From positions 1 through 64,000 of the forward strand of contig CAZXWN010000001.1 of NCBI GenBank assembly GCA_964644695.1: a stretch of DNA of 64,000 nt. Direction: 5' to 3'. Under the pieces are notes generated by a model. The model was not told where the DNA came from. It was given only the letters and a program-made list of their open reading frames with translations, and did not search any database. The stretch is from an uncultured bacterium. Lineage in GTDB: Bacteria > UBP4 > UBA4092. Below are positions 9,718 through 18,822 of this stretch, piece after piece. Within the stretch, counting starts at the first letter, position 1. Each line of letters opens with the position of its first letter. A program made the translations under genes and the position numbers.

Positions 9718-10803
9718 TCATTTTACCCAGATGATAGATGACCCCGTAATATTGTAAAAGTCTGTCGATAGGATTGTTTTGGTTTTGGATTCAAGATTTA
9801 TCAGGAATAGCTTGGCATTACGGTTGTCAGCAATTCCGGGTAGTGCTTTCGAATTTACAAAAAGAAGATACTTCCCATCCGGAGACCAAACTGGGTTCTC
9901 TGCAAATTCTTCTCCATGGGTTAGTTGCTGTAATTCCTTTCCTTCTTTATTCACCCTCCATATATCTCCGTCAGCTGAAAAGGCTAACCATTTACCATCA
10001 GGACTCCATGTGGATTGTCGTACTTCCTCTTTGATAAGCTTTAACCCTGTTCCATCATGATTAAGCAGGTATAATCCATAACGAATGGTTGATGAATCAT
10101 AACTCCCATATATCGCCATAATATTCCCATCAGGATTAATAATAATGGGATTTTGACCGTATGCTCTATAAAACTTTCCCGCTGATAAAATGGTTTTAAG
10201 GTTTGTTCCATTTCTATTTATTCTCATTAATGAAAATCCTGGTACAGAACTGTTTTCAGGGATATCAAAAAGAGTCATACTTCCCATAAAGAAATAAAGA
10301 TACTTTCCATCAGGACTCCAGTAAGGATCTGTAATGATTTGTGTAGTACTCTCAAATAATACCTGATTGTTTGTACCATCTTGGGAAGTTATAACAAGTT
10401 TGTATCCCCTTGGTTCATGTATGGATTTAATGTCCTGGTGGGCAATATAAGCAATTTCTTTGCTGTTTGGAGATAATCGTGAGCTATACCGTCTTCCTAA
10501 TGCCTCATTTTTACATGTGGTTACGGTAATGTTTTCTTTAGTGGGAGTATTTACCTTGATTATTTGCCCCTGGTTTGTTCCGATAAATGAGCCGGAAATT
10601 GTGTCATAACTCCACTGAAATAAAGAAGGGAAATTCTTAGATTTGATTACAGGTTTATGGGTTTTAGTATTCCAAGTGATTTGGTGGTAAGAATAATTAG
10701 ATATTTTCCCCTCTTGCGTTAGAGTGCCTTGTAAATAAATACTTCCGGATTGTGCAAATAAATGGGATGTCAAAAACAATACCGTTAAAATGATATGTTT
10801 CAT
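9718..10803 (-). CDS. Secreted PD40/TolB-like beta-propeller protein (copy 2)
   Basis: Signal peptide MKHIILTVLFLTSHLFAQ; WSPDG repeats; C-terminus nearly identical to copy 1. Confidence 0.8.
   Translation of the reverse strand: MKHIILTVLFLTSHLFAQSGSIYLQGTLTQEGKISNYSYHQITWNTKTHKPVIKSKNFPSLFQWSYDTISGSFIGTNQGQIIKVNTPTKENITVTTCKNEALGRRYSSRLSPNSKEIAYIAHQDIKSIHEPRGYKLVITSQDGTNNQVLFESTTQIITDPYWSPDGKYLYFFMGSMTLFDIPENSSVPGFSLMRINRNGTNLKTILSAGKFYRAYGQNPIIINPDGNIMAIYGSYDSSTIRYGLYLLNHDGTGLKLIKEEVRQSTWSPDGKWLAFSADGDIWRVNKEGKELQQLTHGEEFAENPVWSPDGKYLLFVNSKALPGIADNRNAKLFLINLESKTKTILSTDFYNITGSSIIWVK
9727..10019. repeat. 293-bp near-identical direct repeat, copy 2
   Basis: See copy 1. Confidence 0.95.
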
Positions 10804-10949
10804 AGTTTTTTCCTTCAATCTAGTGGGGAAAAATGAGTAAACCTGTATTTCAGATTGAAATATGTTCTGGATTTAATCTGTATCAGAATTCTGTCTCCCT
10901 GGTTCTGAAATGGACTATACCAGTACTTAATATTTGGGTTGATTCATAT

Positions 10950-11984
10950 TTAATTCGTTAACTCTGTGGTGTTTTTCAGTAATATCTTTTTGTCCATAAT
11001 AATGTTTCTTACTTGTTTCCCCTTCGTATCTACTGAATACAGGTGGTTATCGTAATCAGTAAATAGGAAACACTCTCCAATACCGACCCACAAGTAATCC
11101 TGAACTTTATCTGCAATTGTTAGCTTCTGATTGTTCTGAATATCAAGCACTGTCAATATCTGATTATTTAAGCAAGCAATAACCTTGCTTGAGGAAACCC
11201 ACTGTGGAGAATCCGAATCCTTTATTATCACTTCTTTTTTTGTCGTTATATTTCTGATTGTAATATCCGATGTTTTAACATTGATGTGCTTATTTATTCT
11301 TGATTTGTATGCAATCCACTTGTTTGATGAATCCCATACAATGGGTGTAATTTCAAACAAGTCCAAATAACCGGCATCCCCGTATATCTGGATTTCCCCT
11401 GATGGGATGTGATACAGGACGATTTGCGTATGAAAAAAGTGAGTGAATACACCGGTGTAGGGGGCTGGAGCCTGGGCTGATGAAATGATTTGGTATGTAG
11501 CAATCCACTTTTCATCAGGCGATAAAGAAGGACAGAGATGTGAATGTGAAGATTCAAAAACCATTCTTGAAGTGTTGTTTTGAAGATTGTAGAGATATAC
11601 AGAAGATTTATCTTTTTCCCAGGAAGAGAAGGTTAAATATTTCATGCCCAGTGAGTAAAATGGTTTTTGAAGATTGAAGGTTGGAATGTTTTTCAATTCA
11701 ACGGATTTGATAACTTTATCTTGTATGGCATCAAGAGTTACCAGATGGATATGTTTATTGATATTAGTTAGTTGTCTTTTGTAAATTTGCTTGGTTTTGA
11801 GTTGTTTGATTTGGTCTAATTTGTAGATATGTTGATTTGAATTATTATCATACTGTAAGAATACTTGATTGATTTTGTTGTCACTTGTTAAAAATGGAAT
11901 TGAATAAATCTTTTCGGCAAAGGTGTTTCCATATACACAAGTGATACAAATAAGGAATAAGTACAATCTGTTTGATAATTTCAT
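10950..11984 (-). CDS. Secreted beta-propeller protein, diverged TolB-like (copy 3)
   Basis: Signal peptide; PSLSPDEKWIA, PIVWDSSNKWIAY and SPQW blade motifs. Confidence 0.65.
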   Translation of the reverse strand: MKLSNRLYLFLICITCVYGNTFAEKIYSIPFLTSDNKINQVFLQYDNNSNQHIYKLDQIKQLKTKQIYKRQLTNINKHIHLVTLDAIQDKVIKSVELKNIPTFNLQKPFYSLGMKYLTFSSWEKDKSSVYLYNLQNNTSRMVFESSHSHLCPSLSPDEKWIATYQIISSAQAPAPYTGVFTHFFHTQIVLYHIPSGEIQIYGDAGYLDLFEITPIVWDSSNKWIAYKSRINKHINVKTSDITIRNITTKKEVIIKDSDSPQWVSSSKVIACLNNQILTVLDIQNNQKLTIADKVQDYLWVGIGECFLFTDYDNHLYSVDTKGKQVRNIIMDKKILLKNTTELTN

Positions 11985-12092
11985 GATTTCCTTCCCTCAC
12001 ATATCCCATATCTTCAATGATATGAAGGTTTGCGTATTTAATTGTTGAAATTAAGTGTATTTCTATCTAAATGAGATGTGTCCTGTTTTCTC

Positions 12093-13172
12093 CTACTTTA
12101 TCCAGTGGATGGATTTTATATCAATAACACTAAAGTCTGAAGAAATGATAGATTCTTCTTTCGTATTGATATTGTAAAGATAAATACCATCACAACGATC
12201 TTCAATCCCCGGGATAGGTTTCATTGAAGTGTATAGAATATATTGGCCATCGGGAGACCATGTTGGATTAAATGAGGGGGAAGAATTAAAGGTTAATTGT
12301 GTCAGCTTATCCTCGGTTTTGTTGTAGATCCATATGTTCCGATCTGCAGTAAATAACAGCCGGGTTCCCGTTGGATCCCATACGGGTTGAATTCCGTTTT
12401 CTTTTATAAATTTCAAACCTGTCCCATCTGCATTGAGAAGATACAAACCACCACGACTTGCTTTGGAATCATATTTTCCTGATAAAGCTATTGTTTTGTT
12501 GTCGGGACTAGGAACGACTGGATCGTTGCCAAAGTTTGTGTAATATTTCCCCGGAGGCAGGAGTGTCTTCTTTGTTTTTCCATCACAGCTGATTCTCAGT
12601 AATGAGAAACCGGGAACATCCGAATGGGCTGGAGTATTAAGTAAACTAGTATCACCTGAATAAAAGTAGATGAATTTTTCATCCGGACTCCAAATAGGAT
12701 TTGCATAGTATTGAGCAGAACTAGAAATCAGGGTTTGGATAGCAAATGTTTTCAGAGAAATGATGTTAAGTTGAGAAATATCTGGATGAGTGGAATCTTC
12801 ATATATTGCCGATAAAAAGGCAATATATTTCCCTGAAGGAGACAGTTTGCTGTTTCCTTTGATGGCGGGGAGTTTAACTGTGATAGTCTTTTCAAGTGTT
12901 GGAGCGGATACAGGTATTTTAGTGATTTGATTGGTATCCGTTCCGATAAAATGATTTGTGATGGTATCGATCTGCCATTGATAAGACTCCGGTAATACAA
13001 TCCCTTTAATTAAGGGCTTATGGGTTTTGGTGTCCCAGGTGATTTGATACAACTCCGCAGCGGGAATTTCTTTGACCCGAGGATAACCTGTAAAGTATAT
13101 GGTCCCTGATTGAGAATATGCACTACAGGATATCAATAGAAACAAAAATAAAGAGAATAACGGCTTATTCAT
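12093..13172 (-). CDS. Secreted PD40/TolB-like beta-propeller protein (copy 4)
   Basis: GGAGG RBS before MNKPLF; signal peptide; NPIWSPDE and NPTWSPDG motifs; clearly homologous to copies 1 and 2. Confidence 0.8.
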   Translation of the reverse strand: MNKPLFSLFLFLLISCSAYSQSGTIYFTGYPRVKEIPAAELYQITWDTKTHKPLIKGIVLPESYQWQIDTITNHFIGTDTNQITKIPVSAPTLEKTITVKLPAIKGNSKLSPSGKYIAFLSAIYEDSTHPDISQLNIISLKTFAIQTLISSSAQYYANPIWSPDEKFIYFYSGDTSLLNTPAHSDVPGFSLLRISCDGKTKKTLLPPGKYYTNFGNDPVVPSPDNKTIALSGKYDSKASRGGLYLLNADGTGLKFIKENGIQPVWDPTGTRLLFTADRNIWIYNKTEDKLTQLTFNSSPSFNPTWSPDGQYILYTSMKPIPGIEDRCDGIYLYNINTKEESIISSDFSVIDIKSIHWIK

Positions 13173-13220
13173 TATTTTTTCCTCCAAAGTGCATCCCGCC
13201 ACTTTGCTTGTTTTAGTCAT

Positions 13221-13249
13221 ACTGTAATTAAATAATACAGCCTTGTCAA
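13221..13249 (-). promoter_or_regulatory. Putative sigma70 promoter for the propeller cluster
   Basis: TTGACA-17 bp-TACAGT on the minus strand, about 50 nt upstream of the ATG at 13172. Confidence 0.55.
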
Positions 13250-13376
13250 GATGGTCAATGGTAATTTAAAGATTTATGTAAAATATTTTGTCAATAGAGG
13301 TTATCAGGGTTTGTAAAATATACGGGAATGTTTCAAACGAACCTTGTATCAGTCAGGTTTTACCAACGAAGCAGAA

Positions 13377-13423
13377 ACGAAGAGGGTACGGATTTACTCG
13401 GAGCTGGTCCGTGGATGAGTCGA
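13377..13423. repeat. 47-bp spaced palindromic element, copy A
   Basis: ACGAA-gagggt-ACGGA-ttt-ACTC-g-GAGC-tgg-TCCGT-ggatga-GTCGA, with an extra ACGAA 11 bp upstream at 13366. Confidence 0.75.
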
Positions 13424-13592
13424 ACCAGATTTATGAAGAGATAACGATATTGTTTGCCGAAAAAAGAGTTTGATAAGAAAACGGAATGATTTTATCCGGA
13501 AATGGGTTCCTTTGGGGTAGAAAGCCAATAAATATAGGCGTTGATATGTTATATTATCTTATTAATATGTTGGGTTTTCCGGACAAAATAGC

Positions 13593-14852
13593 ATGAATCG
13601 GTTACTGCAGGAGATACAGCTTCCGGCCTATACTTTTACAGAGTTTCCGGAAGAATTAAATCATCGCCAATATGAACAGGTGATCAATCAAGTCCTGGCT
13701 CAGACCAGTAAATTTGCGGGAGTCATGGCAATCTACACCCGAGAATGTGACTTGTGGCCTGGTCGTAATCGCTGTGATGTTTACTATGTCCTGAATGATA
13801 TTGCGGATGAGGGCGGGCTGAAAAAAGGATTATTACCCACCTTTCACCGGTTGACCGAGAAAACGGATTCCTTTGAAAAGGTAATATTTTTAAGTTCTTC
13901 TCTGTTTCAGTATTATGACCAGATCAAACTGCATCCAAACCTGAAATATCGTCATGGTCAGGAAGTTCGATTCGCCACCTTAAGTACTGAATATCGTGAT
14001 TTTTGTCATTTACTGGCTTTGAATGATTTGATTGTCATGTCTCCGTTACCGGCTCTGGCAAACACGTTACTCTCTGGTGAGATTCCCGTGAAGACTTCCT
14101 GGACTTATTTACAATCTGCCGTAGAGATCATCGAAAATTATGCCAAGATTCGGCGGCAAGTTCCCACTGACTGGGTGACCTTTTGTCAGGAGTGCCGGGA
14201 ATTGGCAAAACAGTGGTATCAATTGAACTTAAATCGATTCCAGCTTATTAAGCATTTATTACGGAAGGCACTTTCAATCCAATTAGCGTTGATTGATGAT
14301 TTACAAAAGTACCTTCAAAAAGATAATAAGTATTTTATTCAACAGCAGCCACAAACAGCGACTGACCATAGTGGGATTTCGGTCCCGGAAGAATATCGGG
14401 CTGCTTTTATCAATGACCGTTATAAGGTGTTGTTCCTGGATTCCTGGAGCCCGGATATCGCGTTCCAGAAGATGACGACCCTCTATAAAAAGAAACAGGA
14501 ATATTGTTTGTACTTGCCGGCATTACTATCGGTTCCTTATGTGATGTATTACCGGGGTACGAATGAGTTCTCTGAATTTATCCAGCATTGTTTTTTATAT
14601 CATGGGTATTCAGCCAATGCGACATTACCGGAGGCTGTGAATATGAGGCACACCCGGTTGGCAGAATATCTGGCGTTTTACCGGGATAAAAACTATCTCA
14701 TGGATCAGCAGGAAGGATGGCTGGGGTACAGTATTGAGGCCCCGAATGTCGTTGAAAAATTCATTAGCCGATTCAAATATTTTGAGAAAAAAGCCCAGGA
14801 AAAACACATCCGTAAACTGCATTCTCTCTCGCTGGATTTAGCGAGAATATAA
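13593..14852 (+). CDS. Hypothetical protein, possible degenerate Pol-beta-type nucleotidyltransferase fold
   Basis: Long ORF; N-terminal GVMAIYTRECDLWPGRNRCDVYYVL resembles hhxhYxFGSxxxPGxSDhDhhhV with the key residues substituted. Confidence 0.5.
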   Translation: MNRLLQEIQLPAYTFTEFPEELNHRQYEQVINQVLAQTSKFAGVMAIYTRECDLWPGRNRCDVYYVLNDIADEGGLKKGLLPTFHRLTEKTDSFEKVIFLSSSLFQYYDQIKLHPNLKYRHGQEVRFATLSTEYRDFCHLLALNDLIVMSPLPALANTLLSGEIPVKTSWTYLQSAVEIIENYAKIRRQVPTDWVTFCQECRELAKQWYQLNLNRFQLIKHLLRKALSIQLALIDDLQKYLQKDNKYFIQQQPQTATDHSGISVPEEYRAAFINDRYKVLFLDSWSPDIAFQKMTTLYKKKQEYCLYLPALLSVPYVMYYRGTNEFSEFIQHCFLYHGYSANATLPEAVNMRHTRLAEYLAFYRDKNYLMDQQEGWLGYSIEAPNVVEKFISRFKYFEKKAQEKHIRKLHSLSLDLARI

Positions 14853-14870
14853 AAGCGAGGTTTTCTCCCT

Positions 14871-16115
14871 ATGCATCATTTTAAGTATTGTAATCATGAA
14901 TTGTATTGTGAAGATGTCCGTGTATCGGATATCGCCAAGGAAACCGGAACGCCGGTTTTTGTTTATTCAAAGAACACAGCACTGGACCATTTCAACAAAC
15001 TGGATCAGGCGTTTGCCTCTGTGGATCATCTGATTTGTTATTCCATTAAGGCCAATTCCAATCTGGCTTTATGTTATGCCATGGCTCAGGCTGGATGTGG
15101 TGCTGATATTGTATCGGGTGGTGAATTGTATCGTGCCCTCAAAGCGGGTTTTCCAAACGACAAGATAGTATATGCGGGTGTGGGAAAAACCCGTGAGGAA
15201 ATTCGTTATGCTCTGGAAAATGATATTTTCATGTTTAATGTGGAGTCTTTTCCTGAAGCCCAGACGATTAATGAAGAAGCTCTGGCCCTCGGAAAGAAAG
15301 CCCGGGTGGCTATTCGTGTAAATCCAGATGTAAATGCGCATACCCATGATTACATTACCACGGGGAAAAAAGAGAATAAGTTTGGAATCAATTTCCATGA
15401 TGCACCAGAGTTCTATAAAAATCTGGTCAGTATGCCGGGACTGGATGTTGCCGGGATACATCTTCATATCGGTTCTCAGATTCTCACCCCCGGGCCTTAT
15501 ACCGATTCCGTTCGTCGCGGGATTTCCCTGGTTCAGCAGTTAAAAGCTATGAATATCCCTCTTTCAATTATTAATATCGGAGGTGGGATGGGTATCATCT
15601 ATAAAGACGAAGAACCGATGGATGCCCAGGAATTTGCGGCGGATGTTATTCCTCTGGTCAAAGATATGAACTGTAAGATTGTTATGGAACCGGGCCGCCA
15701 TATTGTTGGTAATGCAGGTATCCTGGTGAGTAAAGTAGTCTATATCAAAGAAACTCCCGTTAAAAAGTTTATTATTCAGGATGCCGCCATGACAGACCTG
15801 ATTCGGCCCTGTCTGTATGATGCTTATCACGAAATAAAACCTTTAGTCGAAAGTCCTGATCGTCCGGTAAATCACAAGGATGTTGTGGGCCCTGTCTGTG
15901 AGTCCTCCGATTTCTTTGCTAAAGACCGGCATCTTCAGGATATGGAATCTGGAGAGTATCTGGCTGTGATGAGTGCCGGTGCTTATGGATTTGTCATGTC
16001 TTCCAATTACAATTCCCGTCCCAGAGCGTGTGAAGTCCTGGTCGATGGCAATCAGTGGCGCATAGTCCGGAAACGCGAAACTCTGGAAGACCTGATTCGT
16101 GGAGAAGTCCTGTAA
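14871..16115 (+). CDS. lysA: Diaminopimelate decarboxylase
   Basis: GTPVFVYS, YSIKAN (PLP lysine), HLHIGSQI, EPGR, VVGPVCES.D and SSNYNSRPR motifs. Confidence 0.98.
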   Translation: MHHFKYCNHELYCEDVRVSDIAKETGTPVFVYSKNTALDHFNKLDQAFASVDHLICYSIKANSNLALCYAMAQAGCGADIVSGGELYRALKAGFPNDKIVYAGVGKTREEIRYALENDIFMFNVESFPEAQTINEEALALGKKARVAIRVNPDVNAHTHDYITTGKKENKFGINFHDAPEFYKNLVSMPGLDVAGIHLHIGSQILTPGPYTDSVRRGISLVQQLKAMNIPLSIINIGGGMGIIYKDEEPMDAQEFAADVIPLVKDMNCKIVMEPGRHIVGNAGILVSKVVYIKETPVKKFIIQDAAMTDLIRPCLYDAYHEIKPLVESPDRPVNHKDVVGPVCESSDFFAKDRHLQDMESGEYLAVMSAGAYGFVMSSNYNSRPRACEVLVDGNQWRIVRKRETLEDLIRGEVL

Positions 16116-16125
16116 GGGGGGAATT

Positions 16126-16965
16126 ATGGATATTAAACGACTGCCTTTTACCAAACTCAGTGGAGCAGGTAATGATTTCCTGCTCATTGATAATCGGGAA
16201 ATGATATTGACTGAAAATGTCCCTGCTTTTGTTCAGGCTGTTTGCCGCCGGGGCATGAGTGTGGGTGCGGATGGTGTCATTTTAGTGGAACCTTCCAATA
16301 AGGCTCATTTCCGGATGCGGTATTTTAATTCAGATGGTAGTGAAGGGGAGACCTGTGGAAACGGTTCCCGATGTGTATCCCGGTTTGCCTACATCAAGGG
16401 AATTGCGCCGGCCTCCATGAAATTTGAAACCCTGGCTGGAATGTATGAAGCTCAAGTCTTAGAAGATAATCGGGTTCGGGTCCAGGTCAGTAATCCTAAA
16501 GATCTGAGAATTAACCTGACTGCTGATACTCAAAAAGGTCCACTGACGGTTCATTTCATAAATACTGGAGTACCTCATGCGGTCATCGTGTTGGATACTC
16601 TTGATGAACTGATGAAATTTGATGTTTTCAATATAGGTCGTGAACTTCGACACCATTCCTTATTTGCACCTGCTGGTACAAATGTGAATATGGTGGTTGC
16701 CACAGGGGAACATACTGCCCGTATCAGGACTTATGAACGCGGTGTGGAAAATGAAACGCTGGCCTGTGGCACCGGCTCAATTGCCAGTGCCATGATCCTT
16801 GAAATTCTGGGTAAAATACAAAATCCTGTCCAAATGACTACACAGGGCGGTCCTGTACTCGGAATAGACTTTAATCGTAATAATAATGATATTAATCAAG
16901 TTTTCCTGGAAGGCGAAGCCCGGGTTGTATTCGAAGGTGAATTAACCCCGGAAGCATTCCAGTAA
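16126..16965 (+). CDS. dapF: Diaminopimelate epimerase
   Basis: FTKLSGAGNDF, CGNG.RC, TGVPH and RTYERGV..ETLACGTG motifs. Confidence 0.97.
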   Translation: MDIKRLPFTKLSGAGNDFLLIDNREMILTENVPAFVQAVCRRGMSVGADGVILVEPSNKAHFRMRYFNSDGSEGETCGNGSRCVSRFAYIKGIAPASMKFETLAGMYEAQVLEDNRVRVQVSNPKDLRINLTADTQKGPLTVHFINTGVPHAVIVLDTLDELMKFDVFNIGRELRHHSLFAPAGTNVNMVVATGEHTARIRTYERGVENETLACGTGSIASAMILEILGKIQNPVQMTTQGGPVLGIDFNRNNNDINQVFLEGEARVVFEGELTPEAFQ

Positions 16966-16998
16966 CTATGAAATCTTATAAGCGAGGGTATTAAAACT

Positions 16999-17919
16999 AT
17001 GACTGATCGTAAATTTCCTAATTTGAATGCAAATATCCCCCATTTTGGCGGTTCATTGGTGGCGATTGTGACCCCTTTTACCAAAGAGGGTGAATTAGAC
17101 GAAGTCAAATTCCGTGAATTGATTGAATGGCAGGTTAAAGAGGGGACCCATGGTATTGTCCCTTGTGGTACTACGGGTGAATCCGCAACCCTGTCTCATG
17201 AAGAACATGACCGTGTTATGGATATTACAGTGGACCAGGTTGCCGGTCGAGTTCCTGTTATTGTTGGAACCGGTTCCAATAGCACCCGGGAAGCGATCCG
17301 CCTTACCAAGCATGCGCAACAGGCGGGTGCTGATGCCGCTTTATTGATTAATCCCTATTACAACCGACCGACTCAGGAAGGCCTTTATCAACATTTCAAG
17401 GCTGTTGCTGAATCGTGTGACATCCCCCAGATTGTCTACAATATCCCCAGCCGGACTGCGGTCAATGTATTACCAGATACCATGGCCCGCCTCTCTGAAA
17501 TCAAGAATATTATCGGTGTGAAAGAAGCGACGGGAAACCTGATTCAAACCACAGAAATGATTTCCCTGGTCCATAAGGATTTTCTTGTTTTATCTGGTGA
17601 AGATGCTTTAAATATGCCCTTATTGGCAATTGGTGCCAAAGGCGCTATTTCTGTCTTAACAAATGTGGTCCCCGGTGATATGTCCCGCATGATGGTTGAC
17701 TGGTTCAACGGGAATACTCAGACGGCCTTGGAAATGCATTATAAATACTATCGGTTAACTCAAGCGCTATTCTGTGAAACCAATCCAACCCCAGTCAAAG
17801 CTGTCTTAGCTATGATGGGTAAAATTAATGAAGATGTTCGTCTCCCCTTAGTGGGTCTGATGGATAAAAACAAGATGATGTTAAATAATATCTTGAAAGA
17901 GTATCAGTTGATTTCCTGA
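16999..17919 (+). CDS. dapA: 4-hydroxy-tetrahydrodipicolinate synthase
   Basis: AIVTPF, GTTGES, PYYN.P, YNIPSRT, GVKEA and ETNP.PVK motifs. Confidence 0.97.
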   Translation: MTDRKFPNLNANIPHFGGSLVAIVTPFTKEGELDEVKFRELIEWQVKEGTHGIVPCGTTGESATLSHEEHDRVMDITVDQVAGRVPVIVGTGSNSTREAIRLTKHAQQAGADAALLINPYYNRPTQEGLYQHFKAVAESCDIPQIVYNIPSRTAVNVLPDTMARLSEIKNIIGVKEATGNLIQTTEMISLVHKDFLVLSGEDALNMPLLAIGAKGAISVLTNVVPGDMSRMMVDWFNGNTQTALEMHYKYYRLTQALFCETNPTPVKAVLAMMGKINEDVRLPLVGLMDKNKMMLNNILKEYQLIS

Positions 17920-17936
17920 TAAAGGTTATATGAATC

Positions 17937-18113
17937 ATGCCAATAGATAATAAGCTGATGGAAATCCTTGTTTGTCCGGTATGTAAGTCAAAACTTTCAT
18001 ACAAAGAAGAAGAATCGGTTATGATTTGTCAAAATACGGATTGTGGACGAAAATACCCGGTAGAAAATGATATTCCAATTCTTTTGGTGGATGAGGCTAC
18101 CATCGAAGCCTGA
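17937..18113 (+). CDS. Trm112/YcaR-family small protein (58 aa, missing from the ORF track)
   Basis: Manual translation MPIDNKLMEILVCPVCKSKL...ICQNTDCGRKYPVENDIPILLVDEA shows the L.CP.C and YP....IP.LL..EA signature. Confidence 0.9.
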   Translation: MPIDNKLMEILVCPVCKSKLSYKEEESVMICQNTDCGRKYPVENDIPILLVDEATIEA

Positions 18114-18138
18114 TTTGTCTTAAAATGAATGAGCCTTG

Positions 18139-18174
18139 AGCAGGGACTGCTTATCAAAGGCAGTCCCTGCTTTT
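18139..18174 (+). terminator. Intrinsic terminator of the lys/dap operon
   Basis: 12-bp stem AGCAGGGACTGC/GCAGTCCCTGCT followed by Ts. Confidence 0.8.
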
Positions 18175-18207
18175 ATGTAGGGATATAATTTGCTCGGGAG
18201 TCATAAG

Positions 18208-18822
18208 ATGGATATTATTCTTAACAGTACGGGTTGGATTGAAGTGATTTGTGGATCGATGTTCTCCGGAAAATCGGAAGAATTAATCCGACGGTTACAT
18301 CGTTGTGAGATCGCTCGCCAGAAAATACAGGTTTTTAAGCCAACTCGTGATACACGGTTTTCTGATACGGATATTGTGAGTCACAGCGCTCTACGCATTC
18401 CATCTATCCCCGTTTCTGACAGTCAGGAACTATTTAATGAGGTTTTACCCGATACTCAGGTGATTGGTATTGATGAAGCACAATTTTTTGATAACGGTTT
18501 AATCGAAATTTGTGAATCTCTGGCCAATCAGGGGAAGCGTATCATCGTTGCTGGGCTGGATCAGGATTATCGGGGCGTTCCCTTTGAACCTATTCCTCAG
18601 TTAATGGCCATCGCTGAATTTGTTACAAAAACTCATGCCATCTGTGTTATCTGTGGAAATCCTGCAAATCGGTCCTATCGTAAGGTGGCTTCTGAAGAAA
18701 GAATATTACTGGGTGCTGAAGATAATTATGAGCCCCGGTGCCGTAAATGTTGTCTTCTGGAAGAGGTGAAGAAAGAAGCCGAGATGCCTGAACTCTTTGA
18801 CGAAGATAAACCTGTTTCCTGA
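18208..18822 (+). CDS. tdk: Thymidine kinase
   Basis: GWIEVICGSMFSGKSEELIRR, IDEAQF, AGLD.DY.G.PF, zinc site C..C and YEPRCR.C. Confidence 0.97.
   Translation: MDIILNSTGWIEVICGSMFSGKSEELIRRLHRCEIARQKIQVFKPTRDTRFSDTDIVSHSALRIPSIPVSDSQELFNEVLPDTQVIGIDEAQFFDNGLIEICESLANQGKRIIVAGLDQDYRGVPFEPIPQLMAIAEFVTKTHAICVICGNPANRSYRKVASEERILLGAEDNYEPRCRKCCLLEEVKKEAEMPELFDEDKPVS

Noticed and set aside
8611-10019. Diversity-generating retroelement TR/VR pair
   Set aside because: The six mismatches are not confined to adenines of one copy on either strand, both copies are coding, and there is no reverse transcriptase in the window.
8663-10060. Duplicated plus-strand ORFs (8663-8932, 9779-10060, 9774-10034)
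   Set aside because: They are antisense shadows of the duplicated propeller segment. Most other short overlapping ORFs in the track were rejected for the same reason.
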